From assembly GCA_902597555.1 (NCBI GenBank), contig CACJYE010000001.1, positions 1 to 63,561 of the forward strand: 63,561 nucleotides of DNA. The letters are read 5' to 3'. The position numbers and the translations under genes were made by a program. Each line of letters begins with the position of its first letter. Positions within the stretch are counted from its first letter, which is position 1. The notes below the pieces were generated by a model. The model searched no databases, was not told where the DNA came from, and saw only the letters and a program-made list of their open reading frames with translations. The DNA is from an uncultured Pelagibacteraceae bacterium (GTDB lineage: Bacteria > Pseudomonadota > Alphaproteobacteria > Pelagibacterales > Pelagibacteraceae). This document shows positions 33,052 through 43,378 of the stretch, piece after piece.

Positions 33052-33923
33052 ATAATCTAACTAATCAACAAAAAGGCTCTTTAATGGCATTTGTTGCTAT
33101 TATGTTTATAACTCCTGACTCTTTACTAATTAGATTATCAAAAATTGATACTTGGGGAATGCTTTTTTACAGAGGAGTAATACCATTTTTTGTAGTTTTA
33201 GTAGGTCTTCTTTTATTTTATAAAAATAATTTCTTAAAAGCTTTATTTAAAATTGGTTACCCAGGTATTTTTTATGTAATTAGTTTTTCAATTTGTAATA
33301 TTACTTTTATTATCTCAATACAAAATACCAATGTAGCAAATACTTTATTAATGGTAGCTCTTGCGCCTATGCTATCAGCAATATTGGGGGCTATTTTCCT
33401 AAAAGAAAAACCGGATAATAAGACTTGGGTCGCTATTATAATTACCTTTATTGCTTGTATTTATATTTTTTACGATTCATTAAGTCTTGGTAATTTTTAT
33501 GGTGATTTATTTGGCTTAATAACATCCTTTGGATTAGCTTGTAACGCAAACATAGCAAGATATGCAAAATCAACCGACTTAGTTCCTGCTGCTGTAATTG
33601 GAAAATCATGTGTCGCTATATTTGCCTTTTTCTTTGTAAAAGACTTTGCTTTAATGGGAAATGATCTTTTTTATATACCTTTAATGTGTGTAATGTGCGT
33701 AGCTATACCTTTTGTTTTGGTAACCATAGCACCAAGATTTATAACTGCTGCTGAAGTTAATCTTTTTTTTCTTTTAGAGACAATTCTTGGACCATTGTGG
33801 GTTTGGATGGTAATAAAAGAACAGCCTTCTCCTGAAACGATCTATGGGGGCATTGTTATCATTATCACGATAGCAATTCATTCTTTACTAGCCATAAAAA
33901 AAACACAAACCAAAACTACCTAG
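33048..33923 (+). CDS. DMT/EamA-family transporter
   Basis: About 10 TM segments; LLETILGPLWVW...EQP. The GTG at 33048 overlaps the gshB stop codon. Confidence 0.88.
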   Translation: MNNLTNQQKGSLMAFVAIMFITPDSLLIRLSKIDTWGMLFYRGVIPFFVVLVGLLLFYKNNFLKALFKIGYPGIFYVISFSICNITFIISIQNTNVANTLLMVALAPMLSAILGAIFLKEKPDNKTWVAIIITFIACIYIFYDSLSLGNFYGDLFGLITSFGLACNANIARYAKSTDLVPAAVIGKSCVAIFAFFFVKDFALMGNDLFYIPLMCVMCVAIPFVLVTIAPRFITAAEVNLFFLLETILGPLWVWMVIKEQPSPETIYGGIVIIITIAIHSLLAIKKTQTKTT

Positions 33924-33953
33924 CGAAGAATTATAAAATTTTAAAAACTAAAC

Positions 33954-35258
33954 ATGCAAAAAGAAGTAAAAAAGTCTTGGGCTCTATTTATTGGGATAGG
34001 AGTAATGATGATTGCTCATGGATTGCAAATGCAAATCATGGGTATTCGGTCAGTACTTGAAGATTTTAGTGTTTTTACAACTGGTATCTTTATGTCAGGA
34101 TATTATGTTGGCTACTTTATAGGATCAAAAACTACTCCTAATTTTGTTTCAAAAGTTGGTCATATAAGAGTATTTGCTGCATTCGCCTCGCTTGCATCTT
34201 TAAGTGCTTTAGTAGCAGTTGTTTATGTAAATCCACTTATGTGGACAATTAGTAGATTTATAACAGGTATAAGTTTAGTTAGTTGTTATGTGGTTACTGA
34301 GAGCTGGTTAAACGATAGAGCAACTAATAAAAATAGAGGGCAACTATTATCTGCATATATGATGGTAATTTATTTTGGTTTAGCTCTAGGTATGCTTCTG
34401 CTTAATATAAGTAAACCTGAGGCTTATGAACCTTTTATTTTGGTTTCTGTTTTACTTTCTGTTGCTCTAGTTCCTATTTTATTAACAAAAAGGCCCGCTC
34501 CTAAATTTAGAAAAATTGAAACAATAAGTATTATAGAACTTTATAAAATCTCACCTCTTGGTTCTTTGAGCTCTTTCTTTACAGGAATAATTCATGCAGC
34601 TTTCTTTTCTTTAATTTCTGTTTATGCAACGATCGCAAAATTTACTTTATTTGAAACATCTATACTTTTGTTTATTGCAACAATTGCTGGAGTTTTAGGT
34701 CAGGGTCCTATAGGTTATTTTTCAGATATTTTTGACAGAAGGAGAGTGATAGTCATAACAACATTTGGAAGTTCTCTTTTAGCATTAATTGCAATTTTTA
34801 CTTCAAATGATCCTATACAAAATATTTACTATATGGATGAATTTGCTTTTAGAAAAATAATTTTTTTTATAGCTGTTGGACTTTATACAAGTTTATGTCT
34901 ACCATTATTCTCACTTAACCTTGCACATACAAATGACTTTGTTCCAAAATCTAAATTTGTTGCTGCAGGAGGTGGATTACAATTAATTTTTGGTGTAGGA
35001 GCTATTAGTGGTCCTATTTTGTGTGCAATTTTCATGGAATGGTTTGGATTAAATGGTTTGTTTGTATTTTTAATAATAGCACACTCAATAATTGGTGTAT
35101 TTGGTTTGTATAGAATGAAGGTTAGAAGCACTGTTGAAAATCCCGACTCAACATTCACGCCAATTCCAGCAACAATTACACCTGCTGGATTAGAATTAGA
35201 TCCTGATACGCCTGCAACACTCGATGAAACTCAAGTTAATGAAACTGCGAAAACTTAA
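33954..35258 (+). CDS. MFS transporter (YcaD-like)
   Basis: 12 TM segments; VGHIRVFAAFAS, ESWLND..NRG and GYFSDIFDRR motifs. Confidence 0.92.
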   Translation: MQKEVKKSWALFIGIGVMMIAHGLQMQIMGIRSVLEDFSVFTTGIFMSGYYVGYFIGSKTTPNFVSKVGHIRVFAAFASLASLSALVAVVYVNPLMWTISRFITGISLVSCYVVTESWLNDRATNKNRGQLLSAYMMVIYFGLALGMLLLNISKPEAYEPFILVSVLLSVALVPILLTKRPAPKFRKIETISIIELYKISPLGSLSSFFTGIIHAAFFSLISVYATIAKFTLFETSILLFIATIAGVLGQGPIGYFSDIFDRRRVIVITTFGSSLLALIAIFTSNDPIQNIYYMDEFAFRKIIFFIAVGLYTSLCLPLFSLNLAHTNDFVPKSKFVAAGGGLQLIFGVGAISGPILCAIFMEWFGLNGLFVFLIIAHSIIGVFGLYRMKVRSTVENPDSTFTPIPATITPAGLELDPDTPATLDETQVNETAKT

Positions 35259-35704
35259 ATATTAATTAATTCTATTTTATCACCAATATTAATTTTGGAA
35301 GAAGTGAGAATTTGACACCTTAGTCCACCCTTCCTCATAAACTCTTTAAGTATATTTTTTTGGTCAAGCATTTCAGTTAAATGTCTGCATGGACGACATA
35401 ATTCAATCCCCTTTAATTCAACATTTCCTACCTTTAATTTTTTTCCAATTAAATCATTTAATTGAATACCTTTTGTAACAACATTCCGTCTAAAATCTAC
35501 ATAAGGTATATCAAGCCCAAATTTAATATTATATTCATCGATATTCTCATACTCTATTAAAGATAATTGATTGTAAGGATCATTAAAATCATCAAAATGT
35601 CGATCACCTACTATTCCTTTATTTGCCAAAACCTCAATTGAATTTACTTCCTTGATTGGTTGATTGTTATTAGCAGTAATTCCTAATTTAAATACTTCAG
35701 CCAT
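35255..35704 (-). CDS. MOSC-domain protein
   Basis: GIVGDR, FRRNVVT.G..LN.LIG, CRPC and GGLR motifs. Confidence 0.9.
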   Translation of the reverse strand: MAEVFKLGITANNNQPIKEVNSIEVLANKGIVGDRHFDDFNDPYNQLSLIEYENIDEYNIKFGLDIPYVDFRRNVVTKGIQLNDLIGKKLKVGNVELKGIELCRPCRHLTEMLDQKNILKEFMRKGGLRCQILTSSKINIGDKIELINI

Positions 35705-35751
35705 AAATTATTGAAGAAATAGATGAGCTCATATAATCTTTTCAAAATAAT

Positions 35752-36576
35752 ATGACTAATTTAACATCAAATCAACTTAAACAGTATAAAGACCAAGGGT
35801 ACATATCCCCTATTGAAGTTTTATCTAGTAGCGAAGCATTGGAGGCAAGAAAAGAAATAGAATTGATAGAAAAAAAAATGCCAAATGAAATATATAAATC
35901 GGGAAGATATAATGTTCATTTAATTTCACCAAAACTTGATTCGATCGTTCATAATTCAAAAATTTTAGATGTAGTAGAAAGTATTATTGGAAAAAATATC
36001 TTAGTTTGCAGTACTACTTTATTTATTAAAAACCCTAACAAACAAGATTTTGTAAGTTATCACCAAGATGCAAAATACATAGGATTAGAACCTCACGATT
36101 GGATCACAGCATGGGTGGCATTAACAGAGTCGAATGAAAACAACGGATGTATGAAAATGTGGCCTAAATCACATTTAAATATTAAAGATCACAATGAAAA
36201 ATTTAATGAAGGCAACTTGCTTACTCGAGGACAAACAGTAGAAAATGTACCTGAAGATGAAGTTAAATCTATAGAACTAAAAGCCGGTCAAATGTCTTTG
36301 CACCATCCAAGAGTAGTACATGGGTCGGGCATTAATAAAAGCAATGACAGAAGGATAGGATTTGTAATTCAAAGTTATATTGGCACAAACGTAAAACAAA
36401 CCTTAGGCAAAAATAGTGTTCAAATTGCAAGAGGAGAGGATAAATATAATTTTCATAAAAAAATAGGAAGGCCAAACGTATTAATGAATACAAATGATCT
36501 TAAAATAAAAAAACAAGAAAACGATAATCTTCAAGAAATTTTTTACAAGGGTTTGGAAAAGAAAGGTTTTTATTAA
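35752..36576 (+). CDS. PhyH-family Fe(II)/2-oxoglutarate dioxygenase
   Basis: HQD facial-triad start, WVALT...NGCM and HGSG.N.S..RR. Confidence 0.92.
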   Translation: MTNLTSNQLKQYKDQGYISPIEVLSSSEALEARKEIELIEKKMPNEIYKSGRYNVHLISPKLDSIVHNSKILDVVESIIGKNILVCSTTLFIKNPNKQDFVSYHQDAKYIGLEPHDWITAWVALTESNENNGCMKMWPKSHLNIKDHNEKFNEGNLLTRGQTVENVPEDEVKSIELKAGQMSLHHPRVVHGSGINKSNDRRIGFVIQSYIGTNVKQTLGKNSVQIARGEDKYNFHKKIGRPNVLMNTNDLKIKKQENDNLQEIFYKGLEKKGFY

Positions 36577-36578
36577 TT

Positions 36579-38303
36579 GTGTCAAATTTGAATGAAATTG
36601 TAGAAAACATTAAAAATAATAAATTCGATCATGCATTAAAACTTTGCGAAATTTATGAAAACAATCAAAATAAATATATTATTTATAATTTAAGGGGAGT
36701 AATTTTTTTTTCAAAAAATGATTTAAATAAAGCAGAAATTAATTTTTTAAATTCCTTTAAAATTAATAATACTTTTAAGGATGCTATAAAAAATTTGATA
36801 CTTATCTATAACAGAAAGAAAAATTTTAGAAAATTTGTATTTTTTGCTGAAAAATTGGTTGAAATAGAAAGATCAAATCCACTATTTAACTTTCAGCTTG
36901 GTTACGGTTATGGGGAAATTCAAAATTATAAAAAGTCAATTAAATTTTACAAAATATCTATTAAACTTGATCAAAATTATAAACACTTGGTTTTTAATAA
37001 TATTGGTAGCTCATATGCAAAGATAAAAAAATACAAAAATTCAAATAGATATTATTTTAAGGCTTTAAAAAATAATGAAAACAACAAAATTATAATTAAC
37101 AATATTTTTTCAAACTACATAGGATTGAGAGACAAAAAAAATTCAGAATTGTATTTTGAAAAAGCAAAAAATTTAGACCAAAAATATACAGAATTCTTAT
37201 ACAATAAAGCTGAATATTTCATTTTAATTGGAGAAATTTCTAAAGCCATACAAATATTGGAAGATAACAAAAAAAACCTAAGATTTCTAATTAGACTAAT
37301 TAAAATTTATTTCACAATTGGTAAAAATAAAGAAGGACAATCATTATTTAATTCTTCAAAAAAAAATTTTTTAAATAACTCTTACGGTCTAAATTTTTTA
37401 GGAATGAGGTTGCTATATGAAGGTGATTTCATAAATGGTTGGAAATATTATGATCAAGGTGCTTTTAAATCCAATCATCTTTTTCAAAATATTCATTTAT
37501 GGAGTGGCGAAAATTTAGAAGAAAAACATATTGTTGTTTTTAATGAACAAGGACTTGGAGATGCAATACAATTTTCAAAATATATTATTCCATTATTGGA
37601 AATTTCAAAGAAAGTTACTTTTGTTGTAAATGAAAACATACAGAAAATTTTTAGGTCTGATATTCCAAATCTAGAGATTAAAAATATTGATACTTTAGAC
37701 AATAATCAATTTGATTTTAAAATATCTTTAGGTTCGCTAATAAAATTTTTTTATAAAAAAAAAGTTGATTCTAATAAATTAATAATTAAAAAAAATGAAA
37801 AAAAAATAAATTCGAATGTAATAAAATTTAATAAAAGGAAACTAAATATAGGTATAGCTTGGTCTGGGTCATTTAATGGCCCAAATGAACCCTATAGATC
37901 TATCCCTCTTAAGTCTTTAAAAAAAATATTTTCTTTAGATATAAATTATTTTTGTTTGCAAAACGAAATTTGGGATAGAGATTTAAACGATTTTAAATTA
38001 ATAAAAATGAATGATTTTGGAAAATATAGTCTAAATGAGATGAAATCAATAATACCAAATTTAGATTTAGTAATATCAACAGATACATCTTTTTTACACT
38101 TGTCTTCAACACTTAATAAAGAAACATGGGGAATTTTAAATTTGTATCCAGATTGGAGATGGGGAGAATTTAATAAAATTAACCCTTATAAATCTCTTAA
38201 ATTATTTCGTCAAAAAATTTTTAATAAATGGGATGATGTTGAATTAGAAATTTTCGAAAATTTAAAAATAAAAATGAGGCTAAAAGAAACAAAGAGTTAT
38301 TAA
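36579..38303 (+). CDS. TPR-repeat protein with a C-terminal GT-B (GT9-like) glycosyltransferase domain
   Basis: N-terminal TPR-like helices, then EQGLGDAIQF, IGIAWSG, LDLVISTDTSFLHL and PDWRW. Confidence 0.85.
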   Translation: MSNLNEIVENIKNNKFDHALKLCEIYENNQNKYIIYNLRGVIFFSKNDLNKAEINFLNSFKINNTFKDAIKNLILIYNRKKNFRKFVFFAEKLVEIERSNPLFNFQLGYGYGEIQNYKKSIKFYKISIKLDQNYKHLVFNNIGSSYAKIKKYKNSNRYYFKALKNNENNKIIINNIFSNYIGLRDKKNSELYFEKAKNLDQKYTEFLYNKAEYFILIGEISKAIQILEDNKKNLRFLIRLIKIYFTIGKNKEGQSLFNSSKKNFLNNSYGLNFLGMRLLYEGDFINGWKYYDQGAFKSNHLFQNIHLWSGENLEEKHIVVFNEQGLGDAIQFSKYIIPLLEISKKVTFVVNENIQKIFRSDIPNLEIKNIDTLDNNQFDFKISLGSLIKFFYKKKVDSNKLIIKKNEKKINSNVIKFNKRKLNIGIAWSGSFNGPNEPYRSIPLKSLKKIFSLDINYFCLQNEIWDRDLNDFKLIKMNDFGKYSLNEMKSIIPNLDLVISTDTSFLHLSSTLNKETWGILNLYPDWRWGEFNKINPYKSLKLFRQKIFNKWDDVELEIFENLKIKMRLKETKSY

Positions 38304-38313
38304 TATTGGTAAC

Positions 38314-39324
38314 GTGAAAAAAAGTTTAAATTTGGGTATAATAGGAATAGATCATGGTCATATCTTTGACATGCTAGATGAAATGATCAAAGAAAATTGT
38401 AATTGTAATTACTTTTGGACAGAGGGTGATCCTTTAACACTACAAGAATTCAATAAGAAATACCCATATATTAAAAGAAAAGAAAATAAAGATGAAATAT
38501 TAAACGACTCATCCATAGATATGATTTTAATATCTTCAATACCTCAAGATAGAGCTGGTCATTCAATAGATGCTTTAAAAGCTGGTAAAGATGTTATGGT
38601 TGATAAACCAGGCTGCACTACCTTAGATCAGTTAAATGATTTAAAAAAAACTGTTAAAGAAAGTGGAAAGATCTGGTCTGTAAATTTTTCTGAAAGATTT
38701 CACGTTGCTGCAGTTGCTAAAGCTGAAGAATTAGTAAATGGAGGCAAAATAGGAACAGTAAAACAAACTATTGGTACAGGTCCGCATAGACAAGGAAACT
38801 ATGAAAGACCTGATTGGTTTTATAATCGTCAAAGTTATGGGGGAATAATTACAGATATTGGTTCCCACCAAATTCATCAATTTTTAGTTTTTACAAATTC
38901 AAATCAGGCAAAAATCAACCATGCATTAGTTGAAAATACAACAAAGAAAGATATGCCTGGTTTTCAAGATTTTGGTGAATTAAACCTAACTGGTAATGGT
39001 GGTCATGGTTATATTCGCCTAGATTGGTTTACTCCAGATGCTCTTCCAACCTGGGGAGATGGAAGATTATTAATACTTGGAGACAAAGGTTTTATTGAAA
39101 TAAGAAAATATACAGATTTAGCAAAATCAGAAAAAGGTAATCATTTATTTTTAGCAAATAATGATGAAGTAACACATATTGATTGCTCTAATATTAAGCT
39201 ACCCTACTTTAGTAATTTAATTAATGATGTTTTAAATAGAACAGAAACTGCATGTCCTCAGGAACTAACTTATCTTTCAATGGAACTTGCTATTAAAGCA
39301 CAAGAGCAAGCTGAAAAAAAATGA
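38314..39324 (+). CDS. Gfo/Idh/MocA oxidoreductase
   Basis: GIDHGH, AGKDVMVDKP and GGIITDIGSH motifs. Confidence 0.9.
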   Translation: MKKSLNLGIIGIDHGHIFDMLDEMIKENCNCNYFWTEGDPLTLQEFNKKYPYIKRKENKDEILNDSSIDMILISSIPQDRAGHSIDALKAGKDVMVDKPGCTTLDQLNDLKKTVKESGKIWSVNFSERFHVAAVAKAEELVNGGKIGTVKQTIGTGPHRQGNYERPDWFYNRQSYGGIITDIGSHQIHQFLVFTNSNQAKINHALVENTTKKDMPGFQDFGELNLTGNGGHGYIRLDWFTPDALPTWGDGRLLILGDKGFIEIRKYTDLAKSEKGNHLFLANNDEVTHIDCSNIKLPYFSNLINDVLNRTETACPQELTYLSMELAIKAQEQAEKK

Positions 39325-40394
39325 AAAAATATCAAGTAGCTATAATTGGAACTAATATAGGAGCGAAACATTTTGAGGACTTTCAAAAAGTATCTGAGAG
39401 ATTTAATGTTCACACTTTGTGTGGTTTAACAAGAGAATCTATTGATAAAATATTAATATCAAATACAAATACTAAAGTTTCTCTAAATTTTGACGATGTA
39501 TTAAAAGTAAAAGAAATTGATATCATTGATATTTGTCTACCACCCCATTTACATTTTTCTGCTTGTAAAAAAGCTATGGAGGCTGGAAAGCATGTAATTT
39601 GTGAAAAACCTTTGGTATCAAGTCTTAAAGAAGTGGACAAACTAGAAAGAATCAGCACAGAAACTGGCAAGATTATTTTTCCAGTATTTCAATATCGATA
39701 TGGTCTAGGATTTTCAAATTTAAAAGCATTAATCAAATCTGGTTTGGCAGGAAAACCATTGGTTGCTTCTTTAGAAACTCATTGGAATAGAGGAAAAGAT
39801 TACTATTCAAAACCTTGGAGAGGAACTTGGGAAGGTGAACAAGGTGGAGCTATTTTAAGTCACTCTATTCATATTCATGATTTAGTTAGTATGATTCTAG
39901 GTCCTGTTTCAAATGTTTTTGCCAAGCTATCAACTAGAGTAAATAAAATTGAGGTTGAGGATTGTGCTGCCCTTTCAATTGAAATGGAAAATGGAACTCT
40001 GGTGACGAGTTCTATCACATTAGGTGCCGCAAACGATACAAGTAGACTTCGATTTTGTTTTGAGGGATTAACTGCTGAGTCTGCTGCTTCTCCTGAAAAA
40101 CCCTATAGCCCAGCTGATGATGAGTGGACTTTTTTACCAAGAGCACCAATAACACAAGGTCAAATTCAAGATGTATTATCTAAAGTAAAACAAACTAAAT
40201 CCTGGTATGCTGGTATGTTTGTGGAAATAGCAAATAAACTTAACGGTTTGCCTAGTGATGAGGTAACTTTAACAGATGCTAGAAATTCTTTAGAATTTGT
40301 CACCGCAGTCTATGCTTCATCTAGACAAAATAAAACAATTGAAATTCCAATAGATAAAGAAAATATACTTTATAATTCCTGGCTCCCGTATTAA
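39321..40394 (+). CDS. Gfo/Idh/MocA oxidoreductase
   Basis: IIGTNIG, AGKHVICEKP, WRGTW..GG and VEDCA motifs. Confidence 0.92.
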   Translation: MKKYQVAIIGTNIGAKHFEDFQKVSERFNVHTLCGLTRESIDKILISNTNTKVSLNFDDVLKVKEIDIIDICLPPHLHFSACKKAMEAGKHVICEKPLVSSLKEVDKLERISTETGKIIFPVFQYRYGLGFSNLKALIKSGLAGKPLVASLETHWNRGKDYYSKPWRGTWEGEQGGAILSHSIHIHDLVSMILGPVSNVFAKLSTRVNKIEVEDCAALSIEMENGTLVTSSITLGAANDTSRLRFCFEGLTAESAASPEKPYSPADDEWTFLPRAPITQGQIQDVLSKVKQTKSWYAGMFVEIANKLNGLPSDEVTLTDARNSLEFVTAVYASSRQNKTIEIPIDKENILYNSWLPY

Positions 40395-40399
40395 ATAAA

Positions 40400-41137
40400 T
40401 TAATTTCTAAATGTTTTAAAAATGCTTACAGATATAAAGTAAATATTTGAAACAACCCATAAAAACATTAAGAAAACCTCATACACTGGGTTTATGTTCT
40501 GGTCCTTTATTAAAATAAGCAAAATTGAAGTAATGAACCAAAATATTGCAAAAATAATTGATAAACTTTTAAATTTTTTTACTCTTAAAGGATGAATGCA
40601 TTTTAAAGGGGAAAATTTTAGTAATATTAATAAAATTAAAAATATCAAATTAAAATTTTGGCTGGTACCAAAAATATAAAAGTAAAGTACGATTACATTC
40701 CAGATAGCAGGGAAACCATTGTAGTAATTATCATTTGTTAAAATATTCAAATTCACATAAGAATAAATAGAAATAAAAATCAAAATTACAGGAATTAATA
40801 AAATAAACTGGTCTGGTACATACCTAAACCAATAAATCATTACTGATGGTATTATAACATAGTTAAAAAAATCAATTATACTATCCAGCATTTTACCATC
40901 AATATTTGGTATATTTTTTTTAACATTAAATTTTCTAGCTAAAGTTCCATCAACACTATCTATTAAAAATGCAAACCCAAGCCAAAGAAAAGCCTCTTTT
41001 TGGTTGTTATTCATAACAGCAATTAAAGCAAAGAAACCAGCAACAATTCCAAATCCAGTCATCAAATGAACAAGAATACTTAGAAATTTATCTTGTTTAA
41101 AAAGTTCATTCGTTTTAATATTTTTTTCTTTACTCAT
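40400..41137 (-). CDS. pcs: Phosphatidylcholine synthase (CDP-alcohol phosphotransferase)
   Basis: VHLMTG, DSVDGTLAR...DGKMLDSIIDFFNYV, GFPAIWN and IHPLRV are Pcs-type motifs. Confidence 0.85.
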   Translation of the reverse strand: MSKEKNIKTNELFKQDKFLSILVHLMTGFGIVAGFFALIAVMNNNQKEAFLWLGFAFLIDSVDGTLARKFNVKKNIPNIDGKMLDSIIDFFNYVIIPSVMIYWFRYVPDQFILLIPVILIFISIYSYVNLNILTNDNYYNGFPAIWNVIVLYFYIFGTSQNFNLIFLILLILLKFSPLKCIHPLRVKKFKSLSIIFAIFWFITSILLILIKDQNINPVYEVFLMFLWVVSNIYFISVSIFKTFRN

Positions 41138-41149
41138 TTTTTTCTAGAA

Positions 41150-41842
41150 TTATCTTGCCAATTTTATAAATATATCTCCCATCCCACTTTGCAATTCTTC
41201 ATCTGGAGTATTGTTTCTAAATTCACAAAACAAACCTGTAACCTGATGATTGTCTATTTTGACAATTTCAGATTCGTTGCAAAATTTTGCTTTATGAAAT
41301 AAGCCAATAACCAACCTATTATTTAGTTCTATAACTTGATCTTTTGATAAACTTTCACCATCACAAAAGTAATCTCTATTTACTTGTTTTGGAAAATTTT
41401 TTTTCCCGCATGGGTTTTTAATCGTTAAAACATAAAACTCTTTTTCGATATCTTTAAATTTATGTTTCATTTTTTCAACTTTTGAATATTTCATTACATC
41501 ACAAGAACATGGAATACAGCATCTATAGTAATCACCACAAATTTTTTTATTTGTGTTGAATTCTTGTAAATATACTTTTTCAGGATCAGCATTAGGATCA
41601 ATCAAAGAACCGGATACTGCACAATAAAGTTTATTAAACTCTACAAACTCGTGATAAGTAATGTCTTTATTTAATATATGTTTAAAAAATTTTGGACCAG
41701 CAGCGTTTCTATTTCTATCTGGAAATATTTTACTCCACTCATTTACTAATTCTTGATAATAATTTCTTTCTTGTGCTTCTAAACTTGGGTTATAAGAAAA
41801 AACTAAAAAAAGGGTAAATATTATAAAAAAAAATTTTTTCAT
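41150..41842 (-). CDS. Secreted cysteine-rich hypothetical protein
   Basis: Signal peptide; 10 Cys, including CGDYYRCCIPCSC. Confidence 0.8.
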   Translation of the reverse strand: MKKFFFIIFTLFLVFSYNPSLEAQERNYYQELVNEWSKIFPDRNRNAAGPKFFKHILNKDITYHEFVEFNKLYCAVSGSLIDPNADPEKVYLQEFNTNKKICGDYYRCCIPCSCDVMKYSKVEKMKHKFKDIEKEFYVLTIKNPCGKKNFPKQVNRDYFCDGESLSKDQVIELNNRLVIGLFHKAKFCNESEIVKIDNHQVTGLFCEFRNNTPDEELQSGMGDIFIKLAR

Positions 41843-41849
41843 AAAAACA

Positions 41850-43277
41850 TTAATTATTTTGTTTAATTTCCAATGTTTTATTTAATTCATTAATTTTAAA
41901 AGTGTTTTCTTCTCCATTTGTCCAAGTAACAATAATCTTAATATTTCTCTCATTTTTTCGAATTCCGTAATGTGCCACTGGCTCCATTTGACACAAGTAT
42001 CCTGAGCCTGAGTCTATTGTTTTAGAATGAGTTCTTAAATTTGAAACAAGAGTTACAGTAGCACCTCTTGCAGGAGCACCATGCATATTAATTGGCTTAA
42101 TCCTTAAGAAATTATTTTTTTTTGAATTTGCCTTATATAAAGTTAAAGGCTGATAACCAGATTCTCCATGAGATATTAAAAGCTCAAGTATTCCATCACC
42201 GTCTATATCGGCTACTGCAGCTCCTGTTCCTAATCCATTAGTTTCTAAAGCATTTCCAATATTTATTTCTTTAAACTCACCATTATCTAAAATTTTAAAT
42301 AATTTATTTGGCTCGCCAATATTATTCATGAATACTTCGTCATAACCATCATTATCAAAATCGGCAGAGATTACTGTTCTAATTCTCGATGGGGCGCTAA
42401 ATTGTTTGTCAGCTATGTCTACAAACTTATCATTTTTTAAAACAAATGCTCGATGAGGCCCTTCCCAATTTGAAGTTAATATATCTAATCTACCTCTATA
42501 ATAAATATCACTTAGCGCAGTTCCACGGCCGTTTTGAAAGGTATCATCAACAGCATAATCTTTCGCAAGTTCAACAAAATTTCCATTATTATTATAATAT
42601 AAAAAATTCTCTCCTCTTTCATTTGCAGCAAAAATATCAGATCTTCCAGATAAAATATTACCTGAAATAACCGCTCTACCTCCAGTAATTTTATCAATAC
42701 CTAGCTCTGAAGCTTTGTCTATTATTTCATTTCCATCTTTTTCATAAAATCTTGTAGGCCCTCCATAATTTGCAACATATATTCCATAAGCTCCATTTCC
42801 ATTTCTATCTACACATACAACTGATCTACCTGCTGTAAGATTTAAATTTTTCTGGTTTATTTCTAATTCAAATAAATCAAAAAATTTATTTCCATCAAAA
42901 TCTAATAATCTGTCTGAATATCTTTTGTTTCCACTATAAGTGTCTGTATTTAAAAAATATATTTCCTCATAACCATCCTGATCAATATCACACGATGCTA
43001 CTCCTATAGTTTTACGATTATTGTCTATAAATATACTTTGGTTAATTGAGTTGAACAAAATACCCTTTTTATGAGCTAAGGCTAAATTATTAAATCCAAA
43101 TCCAGTTACAATAAATTCAAAATTTCCATCGTTGTTTACATCTGAAACGGACACACCATAACTTAATCTAGGTTGATTTTCTAATATTTGGTAAGTTATA
43201 TCTTCAAAGAAATCGTCTGACTTTGAATAATTAACAATATTCAAAAATATTAATAAAAATATAAATAATTTTTTCAT
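41850..43277 (-). CDS. CRTAC1-family FG-GAP beta-propeller protein with ASPIC/UnbV domain
   Basis: Signal peptide; repeated DxDxDG loops (DVNNDG, DIDQDG, DFDNDG, DIDGDG); GSGYLCQMEPVAHYG. Confidence 0.92.
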   Translation of the reverse strand: MKKLFIFLLIFLNIVNYSKSDDFFEDITYQILENQPRLSYGVSVSDVNNDGNFEFIVTGFGFNNLALAHKKGILFNSINQSIFIDNNRKTIGVASCDIDQDGYEEIYFLNTDTYSGNKRYSDRLLDFDGNKFFDLFELEINQKNLNLTAGRSVVCVDRNGNGAYGIYVANYGGPTRFYEKDGNEIIDKASELGIDKITGGRAVISGNILSGRSDIFAANERGENFLYYNNNGNFVELAKDYAVDDTFQNGRGTALSDIYYRGRLDILTSNWEGPHRAFVLKNDKFVDIADKQFSAPSRIRTVISADFDNDGYDEVFMNNIGEPNKLFKILDNGEFKEINIGNALETNGLGTGAAVADIDGDGILELLISHGESGYQPLTLYKANSKKNNFLRIKPINMHGAPARGATVTLVSNLRTHSKTIDSGSGYLCQMEPVAHYGIRKNERNIKIIVTWTNGEENTFKINELNKTLEIKQNN

Positions 43278-43378
43278 TTAATTTCCAACTAGACTAAAAA
43301 TTAAAAATTAAAACTGTTAATATTGGCATAGTTAATTTAGTGTAATTTCAATAGTAAATATAAAAAATTTTATTAAAT

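Noticed and set aside
35752-36576. Fe/2OG halogenase
   Set aside because: The motif is HQD, so the carboxylate ligand is retained as in hydroxylases. Halogenases have Ala or Gly there.
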